Part shown: piece after piece, positions 13,553-28,834 of the stretch
How the letters are laid out: each line of letters opens with the position of its first letter
How positions within the stretch are numbered: position 1 is the stretch's first letter
Source of the DNA: Eledone cirrhosa
Taxonomy: Eukaryota
NCBI GenBank assembly: GCA_964016885.1
Contig: OZ024740.1
Coordinates: forward strand, 99,696,001-99,760,000
Direction: 5' to 3'
DNA: 64,000 bases
The notes under the pieces: model-generated
Database searches by the model: none
Told to the model about the DNA's origin: nothing
The model's input: the letters and a program-made list of their open reading frames with translations, nothing else
Program-made: the position numbers and the translations under genes

Positions 13553-14409
13553 TACATCCTAAGTTTTAAGCTGTCTCTCTCAATTCATTTCCTCTCTCTC
13601 AGAAACCATCTTCCTTTATAAGGAATCAATCAAGTTTTTGCAACTGATGCAGTCAGTCATTGGGTGCTATTCTAGATGCTTTCATAGGCAGCCGTCGCCA
13701 CTGGTCTCTATAAGGAATACAATGAGTAAAACAAATAATTTATCAATTTTCCTCATAATTCATCTCTCTCAGCAAGAATCATTAAGATTTTATAAACATT
13801 TAGGGTTATTCCATCACTTAGATTGACAGTTAATAATTTAATAAAAGGTATTAATTTATTTCTGATTATTAATTTCCTCATGAAAAATCTATTAACTGAC
13901 TTGCTGTTAAAGTGTCATCATTTAACACTTTATGGAATTAACCTAGGCCTGTCAAGTTTTCAATTATGTGTGTATGTGTGTGTGTGTATGAGTTAAGTCA
14001 CATGGTTTTGTGGTTAGAATGTTGAGCTGACAATTGAGAGGTTGCGAGTTTGAATCTTGAACAAAGCAGTGCATTGTATCCTTCAGAAAGACACGTTATT
14101 TCACATTGCTCCAGTTCATTCAGCTGTGAAAATGAGTTGTGCCATCACTGGTGCCAAGCTGTATTTGACATTTTCTTTACCCATGGATAACATGTTCAAA
14201 ACACCAAGTTTTCTGCATTGGGGGGGGGGGGGTAATTTCTTGGTGAAAATCCCATGGTCATTCCTGTTTGTGTATATCATCATCATCATCATCATCATTT
14301 TACATCCATTCTTCCACGCTAGCATGGGTTAGATGGGTTGTCCTGTTGTGGGCAGTTTCCAGTCAGCTGACCTTGTCTTGCTCATACGGGAACTGATATA
14401 TATATATTT

Positions 14410-15345
14410 AGTGTTGAAAGGTTCTATCGAGCAGATAAAAAGGAAGAGAGCACTCTAAGTAAAGAACAGATCTAAAATATTTTGGTTAATGTCTTCAAAA
14501 CATAAAAGTTGCTACCTATGGTTTCAAATGTTGCATGTATGCTATATTGTGCAGATACATGTGACGCTATCCATCAGGAAATTGTAAACAAAGATGGCTG
14601 ACACTGTTAACGTCAGATCTCATTAGTTGCAAAGGGAATAACTCTTGCTAATTTTATTGTTAATCAGCTATTAATTAAACTGCATTCTCATGGTATATCA
14701 TGATGTATATGAGAGTCAAATACTGATTATGTGTATATCTGCTAGTGTGTGTAGACCCTTATGTGTATCTTTGTGTGGATTTCTCTAAGGTGCATGTGGA
14801 TGTATGATATTACTGTGAATTTGGTTAATAATTGTAAAGCCATATATGAATGTTTGTATGATACATACTATATATGTAACTATATGTATTCTGGTGTTAG
14901 GTCTAAGGCAGTTGTAGGTTCGTTATAGTGCTGGCCCATGCTGCAAGCATCTGTGAATCTTACTGTTCAGATTTCTAGTGGCAAACTTCAAGCCCTGTAA
15001 TATACTGTATTGCTTGCTAATACAGATTGAACACTTTCTTTTCCTGTTTTTATAGGGTTTGTTCTTCTCCAAGATGCTCCTTTCTTTCTTGTGTGGTCTG
15101 TTCATATTTTTAAGCTCCCATATGTAGGTATCCAGTGCTGATTAATTTTCATATGCTGTCTAAATGACACGATATGTGAATAGTACCATTGCTTGAAGCA
15201 GTCCTATGTCATTCCCATAAATTGTTTAATCATGGTCAGTTGGCCGTTTATATTTGTTATAATTGCGGCTTCATAGACCATGATTCTTGTGTTGCACTTC
15301 AGTTGTAGATTCATACCAATGTTCATACATGTGCAATCTTCTCTC
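14410..15345 (-). mobile_element. Degenerate Penelope (Naiad-like) GIY-YIG region and 3' pLTR with eroded HHR
   Basis: YIWELK and KCSICISKQYSIL peptides. At ~14510-14585 (-): CTGATGG...GAAA ccatagg TA. Confidence 0.6.
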
Positions 15346-15346
15346 T

Positions 15347-15444
<98 letters not shown>

Positions 15445-16159
15445 TCACACATATTTATCTATGTCAGTGTTTGTCTGTATCATGGATCTGATTAATTGAA
15501 TTCATTTTTTGTAAATGGGCTAGAATCTAGCTGCTAGATGAACGTATCTAATTCATTAGTTAGTCAAATTACAATGGCTAATCACAAAGAATTGTTTAGA
15601 AGAGAATCTAGTATAATTTATTTAGTTTGAGGATTTTAGATTTCTGCCAATCTCACAATATTGAAAAGCAATTATTAGCCCCTGTGTGGAATAAATGAAA
15701 TATATAAAGTGGAATTGGTTGTCATGCTGATTACCTTAATTCTTCTGAAGTTCTAAGTGATGTTGGAAACAGTCAAAGTTTGTGGAACAATTGTGAATAA
15801 AATATAATTATGGACACAATTTGATTTGTGAACAGAGGAATATAATCTGATATAACTACCATTAATTATCATTACATATCAAGTTTATTCATTTTTTATT
15901 TATGTATTATTATTTTTGGCAATAAGGCATGCAAATTAGTGGTTATAGTACTCGGCTCATGATCACCAGATTGTGGGTTTGATTATCAGAGTGGGCAGAA
16001 CGTTCTGTTCTTGAACAAGGCATTTCATTTCAGATTGCCCTGTCCACTAAATTGAGAAAAATATAATTACTGACATTTTAGTCAAATGCAAGTCACTCAA
16101 TGTTAATGAAACCAGGATAAACTCAGGAGTAATGTATATTTAGGTTTCAGCCCCCAACA

Positions 16160-16865
16160 GCTCTTAGTCCATACTGTAAAGTGGTCGATTTGGGGTCACA
16201 ACAAAAAGTACCCAGCCCACACTGAAAAGTGTTCATGTAGGGGACATGGCAAAAGGTGCTCAGCCCACACTATCATGTGGTCATGTAGGTTTCAACAACA
16301 AAAATACCCATTACACACTGTAAATGTGATTGGCATTAGGAAGGGATCCAGCCATAGAAGCTACGCAAAAATCAGTTCAATATGAGCAAGACATGGTCAT
16401 CTGTTCTTGGCTTATATCACAACAGAATAACTTGTCTAACCTATACTAGCATGGAAAATGGATGTTAAACAGTGATGAAGATGATGATGAATGTTTCATC
16501 ATCATCATCATCATTTCATTTTACGTCCACTTTTCCCTGCTTGCAAGGGTGGGACGGGAACTGATTCTGGCTTGATTTCTACAGCTGGATGCTCTTCCTA
16601 ACACCAACCTCATTTACAGTGAGTGCTGGGTGCTTTTTTTCCGTGGCGCCTACACGTCCACTTTACAGTGTGGGCCGGGTGCTTTTTTGCCGTGGCACCT
16701 CCATGACCACTTTGCAGTGGAATGATAGGGAACTTAGTCCATCTCATTTCTACAGCTGAGTGAACTGGAGCAATGTGAAATAAAGTGTCTTGCTCAAGGA
16801 AACAACACATCACCCTGTCTGAGAATTGAACTCACAAACTTTCGATTGCAAGGCCATGTGCCTCC
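16160..16865. mobile_element. Two tail-to-tail RTE-tail repeats (family S2)
   Basis: ttaggaagggcatccagc motif and (GAT)n tails in opposite orientations. The minus copy matches 41960-42340. Confidence 0.75.
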
Positions 16866-17149
16866 ATTGTTTATTATTTTGGCTGTATTTCCCCTCTCCT
16901 ACATCTCTTATTAATAATCTCTTTTTATATCGAATACAATGACCAACTGCGATTACCTCATATTTTTATATATCAGGTAGAATTTAGACATTTGTATGCA
17001 GGATAAAATTCCAAATCTTTGCGTTTCTTTTAGTGCCTATGAAACAAAGTACTAATCGAGATTTGTCAAGGAGCAGTAAGCAATAAGAATATGGAGGAAA
17101 CCAATTTCATTAAATGCTCAGAAGGCTCCTTCGCAATAGTTGAGAGCTT

Positions 17150-17660
17150 TTGTTACTTAGGGGAGCACATTAGCAGTGGTGGGTAAGAGTTTTGAAATCA
17201 TAGTAGCCAAAGTAAGGATCTGTTGGAAAATGTTCAAGGAGTTACTATCATTGCTAGATACAAAGGATCTGTCACTCAGAGTAAAAGGCAGATTGTATAA
17301 TGCTTGCATCCAAATGGTTATATAGTGGTGGAACTTAGACTTACATAGATTGGAAAGAAATGGGGCAAGCATGCTCCAATGGATGTATAATACTTCAGCA
17401 ATGAAGTATGAATAAGCTGAGAGAAAAACTAGGAATGAGGTATCAGATGCAGTGTGTAGGAGAACAGACTGTAATATGGACATGTAATGTATATGAAGGA
17501 TATCAGATGAATAAAGAAATGCAGGGCACTTGAAGTCAAAGGAACCGTTGAAAGGAGAAGATTTAGGAAAAACCTGGACGATGTGATAACAACTGACCCT
17601 ATGCAGCTGAATCTTGCAAAGATGACCTAGGGCTGTGAAAACTGGGAATATTCCATAATA
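17150..17660 (+). mobile_element. Degenerate RTE fragment
   Basis: LSLRVKGRLYNACI and RLERNGASML, homologous to the C-terminus of ORF 46514. Confidence 0.7.
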
Positions 17661-20600
17661 CAATGAACTCAAATCCCCACACAAATGGAAGGAGGCAGCA
17701 CCAGGAGAATGACTAACGCACCTAACTCTCTCCATAATAAACCCAAAGAAGCAGAAAGGTGGTACAATGCTCAAGTCTCATCTCCCACCCACTAGTATAT
17801 TCCTGAAATTCCTAACAGCATGCCTCTGGTCCTCTTCCCTACCCTAAACCTGAAGAAGCAGAGGTATGTAACAACTCTCAGGTCCTTACCTACTAGCATA
17901 CTTCTGATTTCTTCACCTGCCTATTTTAACATGGAAATCTAGGAGAAACCTTAGCTGATTCCCCTTCACTACTAAACACTTTCAACTCCAACAATTTCCA
18001 AATTCAGGAAAGCTTGGAACATCTCAACATGACACAACCCACCCAACTACTTGCTCCAAGCAGTATATAAGTGCCCTCTTTTAGGCCACAAAAAGAAACC
18101 AGGCACCACCAAGACCCCTTCCCTCCAGCAATGCAATGCTCACTACATACATATTAAATGAAGTTATACAGAATGGGTGTGTACTTAATGATTGGTGTAG
18201 CATCATCATCATCAACTGTTACAAGGCCAAAGGAGATAGCAGACAGAGAAAACTACAGAGATATCAAGTTGATGGACCAAGTTATGAAAGTTACATCAAA
18301 CTCGCCCCTTCCCAGCATACACTGAGCACCCTAGTGTAGTAATAAAGTAATGCTGGTGACACTACAAAATAAACCAGCCCACTCTATATGGTGGTATTGT
18401 TGATGCTATGATGAAAAGCACCCAGTCCTCCCTGTAGTTTGGTAGTGCTGGAGTTACAATAAAATGTTACAGCATACTCTGTGATGTGGTTGGTGTTAGG
18501 AAGGGCATCCAGCCATAGAAACCAAGCCAAACCAAAACATATGAGCAGGGCCTTTTTGCTCTCTCTTGGACGAACCTCTGGGACAATGAATTGAAGTTTG
18601 GCTTCACACAACACTTCCAGGTATTGTGTTCATCAAGAAACCCAGCCATGTTCAAATCTCAGTTTTTGCAGCATTACCTTCATTCAGTTTGCTACGATTT
18701 TCAACATTTTCCCCACATCCACTTAACAAAAGTTTTATATGTGATGTTGTTGTTGATGTTGCTACTATCGTTTAACATTTTATTATAACTATCAAAAAGG
18801 TCATTGATTCTCTTTTTGTGTTGTTCAATTCTGCAGTGCAATTTGTCTCAATTTTGTTTTTCAATTCGTTTTGCATACCGTTGTCCCAAAATAAATTTTA
18901 AGTGAGGTTTTTTTTCCACGTGAAAGTGTAAACATGAAAAATAGATTATTAACAAAAACAAACCTTTCTGTCTGCTTCTGAATATCGAGAGCATATGTCC
19001 CTTCTTCAGATTATTTCCTTATTTACAAATACTCAAATGAGGTGGTAATTAGTGAAGGAAAATCAGTAGAGATTCTTTAAAATTAGTTAACTCAATACTA
19101 CTAGTAATGGATTGAATTATATATTTAGGTGAAATTTTGTGGGAAATGTTGAGCAAATCAGGAAGCCAAACATGTTTATTTTTCGATAAAAAGTTCCTCT
19201 ACAAAAGGAAGCAGCCATAGTTATATAGATAAAAATTGACGTAAACTGACAGCCATGGAGTGACAAATGCCAATTTAAAAAACGGCCCAAAGTTGTGGTA
19301 ATAGCAGCAGTATTTATAAACTTTTCAATAATTGGACAATGGACAAATTCCGACTTGAATAAGACAACAGAAAATCATTCAGCTAGTAGGAAACTATTGA
19401 GGTAAAATCTCACACTATCGTTCGTTCTTCCTTTTTTACATGTTATTCAACTTTACTTTCTTCTGCAATTGTACTGTTCATACTTCTCCATATCAACACT
19501 CTAGGTTCTATCCCTTCAACCCCCTTTTCTTCTCTCTCTCATGTCTCATTACAAACTATACACTCTATCCCTTTTGTTCTCCCTCTCCCTCCTGAGGTCT
19601 CTCTCCCTCTCTTCTTTGACTGGTCATTCTGCCATAAATGGGGTTTACTCAACTGGAACCATTACTCTGATAATCATAGCAGCTGGCTGTTTTACAGTTA
19701 TTTCTGGGCCTGAGTTCCTGATACTTTTTATGAAATAAAAAAGAAATAGTTTGCTTTAGTTTTTTTTTCTAAATTTTCAATTTAAAATAAAAACATTAAA
19801 ACAATATTTTTATTTAACACAATTTTAAACATCCAGATCAGTTAAAATGTTGTCAAACGCTACCTCAACTTTGGAACAGTTTCAGAAGACCAACTGAAAC
19901 AACCTGAATTTTATTTTAGTAGCTGCAGTCACATTTAATAACTTTGCACCAATCAGACCAGCAGACAAATTAATAATAAACTGTAGTAGTGTTTTAGAAA
20001 TATGGTAATGAAAGAGTTAAGTAATCAAACTGATGGCCTCCCCACAGCCCCGGCAGACAGAATGGAGAAGGTGTTTCCCTGGAGGATGGTATGAAAACAA
20101 TTAATTAAAAAGAAAATACAAAAAAAAGGTAGCTGTTGGAATATTTTGAATGTGTAAGGTAAAACGGGAAGCATTATGACAAATTTTGAACATATTTGAA
20201 AGTTAAATATATTTAATAAAATCATAATATTATTGTTTTTCTTATAATTTTTTTTATTAATAATGTATTTGAAAAAATACCCCATAAATCTATGATTTTA
20301 TGAAATGTCTCAAATGTTCAAATATAATCTAAAATAAAGTTCATCAAAATAATATAACAATATTGAATCAGCTATGTTCGAGGAATGCTTACCTTTTGTA
20401 TTTTCTGTTGAATCAATTGCTTTGTCACCTTAGAGAGAGCAGGAAGTTGTCATTAATTTATCTACTGGTTGAATGTTACAGTATGTTGTTGCTGCTGCTA
20501 CTACCATAACTTTTGAACTATTTCAGGTGGCCTTTGGGTCTACAGAGGAATATTTGAGATGTCTGACTACTTCACTTTGTTGTCTCTGTAACATTAATGG

Positions 20601-20839
20601 CTTCTCTTTGAAAAGGATCTTTTAATCGAAAATTCAGAAAAAAATACCTGTCTTTTATTAAATGAATTCTTTACCATTAAATAATAATAATAATATTTTT
20701 ATTGCCACCAGGGCTTATTCATGCATACAGAAACACTTATTATAAACACACGTGATCATATATCGACAGTTATAATAAATGAGAAGTGGGGCAACAGACG
20801 TTATACAATATATTAAGAGGTATTATTATTTAATTACAC

Positions 20840-21093
20840 TGGATTGGCAGTATCGGTAGAGGGTCGGACGCCATGCTTTTCAGCATAGTTACGTCCCTTT
20901 ACGATCTGAGTTCAAATCCCGCCGAGGTTGACTTTGCCTTTCATCCTTACGGGGTCGATGAAATAAAGTACCAGTAACGCACTGGGTAATTGCTGGCCTT
21001 GTGCCTAAAGTAGAAACAATTATTTAATTACACCAGTAATGTACTGGGTAGTGCTGGCCTTGTGCCAAAAGTAGAAACAATTATTTAATTACA
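20840..21093 (+). mobile_element. SINE S1 with duplicated 3' end
   Basis: Full copy followed by a repeat of its last ~60 nt; ttatttaattacac appears three times. Confidence 0.9.
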
Positions 21094-21432
21094 CAAATAA
21101 GTAAATGAACACACACATATATATATATATACATATGCATATATATTCTACTGTTGATATATATATATATATATATGTCAACAGTAGAATAACCCTTGAC
21201 AGGACCATCTGTGTTGCACACATAAACCGTTTCTATCAATGAAATGGATTTATTTTTTGTGTATGTATTATTGTTGATGTTACGAATACCGTTCAAATTA
21301 TTCAAATTGACGTTTTCAGCTGTTGAAATATTAATTTATTTGTGTAAACATCACGAGCCTTTGTGTGAAATAAATTTGTTATATTATATTATATTATATT
21401 ATATTATATTATATTATATTATATTATATTAT

Positions 21433-21479
<47 letters not shown>

Positions 21480-21766
21480 TGTCTGTTCCTTGTGCTCATG
21501 TTCACTTTTTTAGGGGTCATTCCTTTGATAAGAAACCATTTCATGTTGAAATGAAGATAAAATCACCAAAATTAAATTATGTCCAAATTCTACAGATATC
21601 GTATGTCTTCCAGTATGCAAGAGACATCTAACATGTTCCAAAATGTTGCTTATTGGAAAACTATCCATAATGAAATATTTTTTCTTAGTTTTATACTCAG
21701 TAAAAATCAAAATGTTTGCAGTCAAATGAATTCACATCTACTCACAGCTACATTTCATAATATTAA

Positions 21767-21943
21767 TAATTGTTTCTACTTTAGGCACAAGGCCAGCAAT
21801 TACCCAGTACATTACTGGTACTTTATTTTATCAACCCCGTAAGGATGAAAGGCAAAGTTAACCTCGGCGGGATTTGAACTCAGACCGTAAAGGGACGTAA
21901 CTATGCTGGAAAGCATGGCGTCCGACTCTCTACCGATACTGCC
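21767..21943 (-). mobile_element. SINE S1
   Basis: Near-identical to the other S1 copies. Confidence 0.9.
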
Positions 21944-22259
21944 ATAATAATGATGTATAATTTAGGAACAACAGCAGTTATCTGTGAGAGGAAAGACAAT
22001 TGTGTCAAAAGCAATATTGTAGTTCTTTTAAAATATTTTATTCACAGTTGTATAAATAACATTACAAATTGATCACAATTCTTTCAGAATGAAAATATAA
22101 ACACATATAATAAATACAATTCATTATTGTTAGGAACATTACAAATGCAATGCACTAAAATATACGATCAATGCGGGAGAAAGAAAAAATGGGAAACTAA
22201 AACGAGCATCAATTCTCTACCAAGTGCGACAATCGGCCACACATCACAAGGGTCAAAGG

Positions 22260-22700
22260 AAAACTTTGAAGCAAGCCAACACACTTGCAGTATTACTTAT
22301 CTGGTGAGAAAAAAAAGTTGAAATCGTTAGGATTAAAATTCAGAACATGAAGGGTTATAACTGACTGCTTCGTGGCATTTAGTCTGACAATCTATTGTTT
22401 TTGACAATGCACCACCCTTCACTAATAGGGTTTTTTATGGGCTATCCTCTCTCATGCCCTCAACTACCACTATACAATAAGAGGGTTTGCTTTTCATCAA
22501 CCACATTGTTCAGCTGATAGAGTGGAATGAGTGCCTGGCAGTATTCCAGATAGCATGATTGTTCTGTTGCTTATGTCTTTGTAAGTCATAATGGAGTCTG
22601 TAGGTGAATCTATGTTTAAGGATAGACTCATGAGAACAAGATACAAACTGCTGAGCTCTGGGGTGGTTTTCTGATATCATGTCCACTGAGTTATCTATAC
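22260..22700 (-). mobile_element. Possible highly decayed mariner transposase relic
   Basis: Only a weak resemblance to the PxYSPDLxPxDF region. Confidence 0.3.
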
Positions 22701-23116
22701 TCTCTCCAAATTAAATAACATATTCATTTAAACATGTATGAGATGTGTTTTGAGGATATCAACATTTCTGTCTATCAAATCCCACAGAAAAAATATTGAT
22801 CAATGCCTGCAATGTGATAGAACTTGGCACTATGTGGTCGCAAATCATTCTACTGTGTTTGCACCTCAATGTAATTCGACAGTTATGTAAGAAAAAAACC
22901 TATGTAATATTTAGAACATTGTATAAAAGGAGTAACATCAAATTTGGGAGATAGAAACTGGGTCGTGGCTTGATAAAATCCATAGTTATTTTACAAAAGA
23001 TAGTATGGTAATCTTTTTACAAACGATAGTTCTTAATAGTTTCATTCATTGGATTGACGTATGTAACTGTTTTAGAATGAGGAAACCATACCCCTGCATT
23101 ATGTAGAAAAGAAATG

Positions 23117-23300
23117 TGGATTGGCAGTATCGGTAGAGGATCGGACGCCATGCTTTCCAGCATAGTTACGTCCCTTTACGATCTGAGTTGAAATCCCACC
23201 GAGATTGACTTTGCCTTTCATCCTTACGGGGTCGATAAAATAAAGTACCAGTAATGCACTGGGTTATTGCTGGCCTTGTGCCTAAAGTAGAAACAATTAT
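23117..23300 (+). mobile_element. SINE S1
   Basis: 16-bp TSD attatgtagaaaagaa at 23098 and 23296. Confidence 0.92.
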
Positions 23301-23944
23301 GTAGAAAAGAATCAACTAGAATTTATGGTGGCAGCAATAGTAAATGGTAGTAAATATTTGCCTTCAAAAGGACTTCATGATGGAAATAATTATGCTTGTC
23401 ATAAGGCCCATATTTGTCAGCTAAGCTTGGGGAAAATTACCTTAAAAGGCTTGTGCGTTGCTTTAAATATTTCATTGTGGGAATACTGAAATATTACTTT
23501 CAAAGGTTTTAGTCAATTATATCATGCACAGTCCTTTGTCACATATTTATTTTATCGATCTATATCTATAGAATCTTGGCGGATACCACATCTAAAAAAT
23601 TCCTAATCCAAGTGCCTCTTGGCATTATAATCTGAAACCATAATATAAAAAACAAGTACCGTTCCCATTATTTATTAAACAGGAAATCATAGTTATTTTG
23701 TCAGTATACTCAAAGAAATTCATTATTTAGAATATTTATTTAAAGCTTCACTTGGTGCCCCAGTATAGCTGCAGTCCAAAGCCCTGAAATCAGTAAAAAG
23801 TGGAAAAAGAATATTTACTTTGACAAACTATGGAAAAGCTGCCATTCCACTTTTGAAGTCCTCTGGGAATATAACACTTATTCAGAAATACATTTCATTG
23901 CTTACAGATACACATTGTCGTTTTAATTTAGACACAACCACTTT

Positions 23945-24350
23945 ACTAAGTGGTCATGTAGGTAAAATGACAAAAAGTGCCCAGTCCACATTGTAATATT
24001 GTCGCGTAGGTGTCACGGCAAATAGCATCCAGTCCGCACTGTAAAGTGGTTGTGTAGGTGTCACAACAAAAAGTTCCCAGCCCACATTGTAAAGTAATTA
24101 TATAGGTGTCACAACAAAAAGCACCCAGCCCACACAGTAACATGTTCATGTAGGTGACATGACAAAAAGCAGCCAACACACACTGTAAATGGGATTGGTA
24201 TTAGGAAGCACATCCAGCCGTAGAAACCAAATCAAAACGAGCCCTGTATGTATCATCGGATCTGGCTTCTCTCACAATAGAGCAACTCGTCTAATCCATG
24301 CTAGCATGGAAAATGGACGTTAAATCGTGATGGTGGTGATGATGCTGGCG
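23945..24350 (+). mobile_element. S2/RTE-tail repeat with ~44-bp tandem subrepeats
   Basis: Repeated gtaggtgtcacaacaaaaagcacccagcccacactgtaaagtggt units followed by the RTE-like tail. Confidence 0.75.
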
Positions 24351-26744
24351 ATGATGACACCAAGCGAATAATTTGGAGGAATGGAAAGTTAATTACATTG
24401 ACCACAGTCTTTGACTGGTACTGTATTATATCAATCCTAGAATATAAACGGTAAGGATGTCTTTGATGGAATTTGAACACAGAATGTAAAATGTCAGAAT
24501 GCTCCAAATCATTTATTAGATACTCTATTGATTCTGCTAATCCAGCAACTTTTGTTGAATATAAACAATTATTTTTAGATTTAGCACAAAACCAGCAAAG
24601 TGAAGGGAAGGGGAAAAGTCAATTAAATTGATCTCTGTGTGCATTATTTCATTAACCTTGTAAGGATGAAAGGCAAACCTCACGTTGGAGGGATTTGAAC
24701 TCAGAATATAAAGAGCTGAACAAATACTGCCAAGTATTTTTCTGATGCTCTTACAACTCCAACAATCCACTGCTCTTTTGTGGATATAAATATGGCATCT
24801 CTCTTACTCACTCTCTGTCTCTTTTTCTCTTGCGTACACATGACCTCAATTACTATTTTTTTTGCTGCATGATTTATTTTATTCATATCAGATAGAACTA
24901 AAAAAAAAAATTGTTCTTGGAATTGTATTTTTCCAATGAATCTTTGGTCTTATATGGAATGAAAACTTCAAACTTCTTATCGAGCTATTCAACAACATAG
25001 AATCTGTGTTCTATCAACACTTGATAAATGATTTCTTTGAGAAAAGATTTTTTTTTTTTTATAAAATTTGTTGAATTTTTTTTTTTTTAACCTTTGAAGA
25101 AGCATATATTTCCACAATTATGATCCATCAGGCAGTCTCTAACATTTTGGTTTAGCAGATTTTCATTAAAATTCAAAAATGGAATATTTGGTAGCTCAAA
25201 GAAAATTAAGTAGAATTTAAAAAACCCGAAACAAAACAAAGTAAAACAGAAATGAATATAAAGTGAAAATGCCCTGTCAGAACTGCAATCAGAAAAATAC
25301 TGTTAAAAATTCAATTTTACAATTGAGATAATTGATTGTTTGGATATTTTAAGTGCTTAAAATTTTATTGAAGAAGTGATCATGGGATCGATTTTTGTTT
25401 TAAATTTATTTTTACCCTTATGTATATATTTTTTATTTATTTACTTCATTTTAGTGGAATGATGAAACATGATCGAAAACAAAGTAACATGAAAAGGAGA
25501 TCAAGAGTGTTGGATGAACAATAATAAAAGGTGGGCGAGAAAACAGAGTGTGAAAGCAGTAGAAGGCAACAAATAACAGGATGAGAGAGATGTAATTATC
25601 AATTGACAAATTTGAAAGATGTAATAGTCTTATTTTGACATGTGATAAATTGGATTGGAGAGAGAGCAAATATTATTAAGACCAAGTCTGTTATGTGAGC
25701 CAACAGCCAACAAATGTTGACAGAGAGGCTGCATTAAGAGCTAACAAAGAGAGTTGCTACTTGGTCGTTCAATTGCCTAGAAATAGTAACCAAATCTCAC
25801 TCAAATTAATTTATATCTTAAAAAGAAAACTGATTTCAGGGGTCCTTTGATGACTATGGCTACAACCCTTCCTCTAAATCAAACCAATAACATTCAGGAA
25901 TATATAATGTAGTTCTAGATATACTTTTGTTATTTTTTGTCTTTTTCCTCCCACTAAAAATATCCCAGGATATTCACATCTGGAATGCTTTTGTTCATAG
26001 GTTTACTTGGTTTGTGCTGACTTGAGACTAAACTATAACAAGAAAGACAGTATATAATGTAGTTCTAAGGAGACTACAGCAGAAAAAATGGAACAATCAC
26101 GGCAGAATCCAAGGGATTGACCATATGTTTAAGATTTGAGGCTAAGTAACAATTTCCTAGTATAATTGAAACACTGTTATATTGCTGAATATAAGATATT
26201 CTGGTTTTCTCGTGTCTCATCTCAAGAGATGTGAAGAGAAATTGTAAATGAGACTTGTCAACTGACCCAACCAGAATGAGCATAAATGAAACAGGTAAGA
26301 GTTCAGCACACAACATGAAGTATTCAACACATGAAAAGAAACACTCAGCACATAAAATTGGTATTAAATCATAAAATGTCAAATGTTTATTATAAGCTGT
26401 GAAGATCAAACAGAACAACTGATCATGTGATTGCAGCTTGTTCAATTTTAGCAAAATTATGTATAACAAAGGTGATAAATTCGTAGAGCTGTTAGAATGT
26501 GGGATAGAATGCTTTGTGATATTTGTTCTGGCTCACTGTTCTCTGAGTTAAAATTTCATCGAGTTCAACTTTGCCTTTCATCCTTTCGGGGTTGATAGAG
26601 TACAAGTCCAATACTGGGGTCAATTCCTTCTCCATATCTTTCTCACATACTCTCTACCACTCTCTCTTTCCTTCTGGAAGAAATCGGCTGTGTGCACACC
26701 TAGAGGAGAAATGGGTTCTACCATGTTAAAAAAATGCCCAAGAA

Positions 26745-27430
26745 ACACTACGTACATACATATATGTATACAGACGTACAGTAGTATGTATATATACATA
26801 CATACACACACATATATATGTACGTATGGATTCACCGAACATTTATTATAATGCTCGGTGTGTTTGTAAACAAACATCCCGAATTAAGCCGTACAGTGTC
26901 TAGCAACCATCGTTGCTCACTTGTTCTACACTGACAAAGGAACACTGTACGTCTGTATACATATATGTATGTGCGTATACATACTTATATTTAAGTAACA
27001 GCCGTACTAAGAGTGAGAAATGAAATTTCGTTTCATTTTTTCCATTTATCGTTTTCGGTGCGCCCGGCCAATTAACTCACTCGATTTGCAAATTAAGCTG
27101 CTCAGCCGTTAATATGCATAAGGAAAGTATATACTTTCAGACGTTCAATCATCTGGCAGGAAGGTATACGTTGCTGACGATAGCTAATAATCTTAAAACT
27201 AGTACAGCCTTCCTTTGTCAGTGTTGAACAAATGAGCAACGATGGTTGCTAGACACTGTACGGCTTAATACGGGATGTTTGTTTACAAACACACCGAGCA
27301 TTATAATAAATGTTAGGTGAATCCATACGTATATATATATATGTGTGCATGTATGTATATATATATACATACTACTGTACCTCTGTATATATATATGTAT
27401 GTACGTATACATACTTATATATATATATGA
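26745..27430 (+). mobile_element. Rearranged fold-back element (family E) with degenerate HHR at 27169-27209
   Basis: Internal inverted repeats; homologous to 59590-60155; GAAA is mutated to AAAA. Confidence 0.75.
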
Positions 27431-27530
27431 TTGAGAAAACACACGGGAGAAAGATAGGAAACAGAAAACGTGGAAGAGACAAGTACATGGACAATTCCTG
27501 CTCACTGGTTGTCTTTCATTACAGTTTCAG

Positions 27531-27801
27531 GGGATTGGCAGTATCGGTAGAGGGTCGGACGCCATGCTTTGACGCATAGGGTTATTGCCCTTGCTATTTT
27601 GAGTTCAAATCCCGCCAAGGTTAACTTTGCCTTTCATCCTTACGGGGTCGATGAAATAAAGTACCAGTAATACACTGGATATTTGCTGGCCTTGTGCCAA
27701 AAGTAGAAACAATTATAGTTTTATGGATTGGCAGTATCGGTAGAGGGTCGGACATGCTTTCCAGCATAGTTACGTCCCTTTATTATCTGAGTTCAAATCC
27801 C
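27531..27801 (+). mobile_element. SINE S1 followed by a second 5' partial copy
   Basis: Homology to S1; caattatagtttt flanks the partial copy on both sides. Confidence 0.88.
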
Positions 27802-28834
27802 TCAATTATAGTTTTATATGCTTTATAATACAAGACTATTACCCATCAATGAATCAATAGAAACCACAGAGTTATCCATGAAAAGCTATTTGGGATGAAA
27901 TCACAATGGATGTTGGACAAAACAAAACAAGAAGAAATAATTACATACCGATGTGGAACAGGAGAATTACTACAATTGAAAGCAACACAAGGGCTAAGTA
28001 ACCTTGGTAGAAATAAAGGAACGATTTAAATTAATGCAAGTTAGTTTTAGAAATAGCCCTAAAACTAATATTAATCGGAGAGACATAGCAAAGATGACTG
28101 ACCAGGCCGTTGTCATATCACAAAAGGCTGAGACAAAAGCTGAGAAAGGTAGAGCAGTATTAATGACTGAGGGAAAGGGATATATATATATACATATATA
28201 CTGTATAACATTTTTAGAGTGGTTGAACAGTAACAACATTGGAAAAGAACACGATGTCTTGTCTAGTGCTGATGCCATGACAAATATCTTCCAATATATT
28301 CTAAAGTGGATAGTGATTGGATTGTGACGATGTAGAATAGAGAGGAGTCTACAATAACAACCTATCAAGATATAATGTACCCATTACACATTCAGTCATA
28401 GACACTTTGCTAAATTTGAAATGTATGTAAATGAAATATGATCCTCCAACACAACTAGGAGGATAGAAGTTCTAATAAAGAACTGACTCTGTAATGACCA
28501 GTACAACTTATAGCTGCATGGAAAAACAAAGGTAAAGTGATGATGATGATGATGATGATTCTGTAAAATGGTTATTTATTGAATGTTGACAATATAGAGT
28601 AGGGATATACTTTAGCCATGTCCAGAATATGACAAACTGACTAATGTTGGTACTTAGATCTCTCTGTAAAATAGTCGATGTTATTAAGAGCACCCAGCTG
28701 TTAAAATCAAACCAGAAATAAAAGGTATGAGCAGGATGTGGTCCCTAAACCAGCCTAGAAAATTAATAAATCTCACCTTAATCATGGAAACACTTCTAAC
28801 ACTTGCTTGCAGAAAAAAACATACATAAACAATT

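Noticed and set aside
20840-20930. tRNA gene
   Set aside because: It is the tRNA-derived head of a multicopy SINE with TSDs and does not form a complete cloverleaf.
23945-24190. Regularly spaced ~44-bp repeats resembling a CRISPR array
   Set aside because: Contiguous tandem subrepeats of a eukaryotic retroposon tail, with no unique spacers or cas genes.
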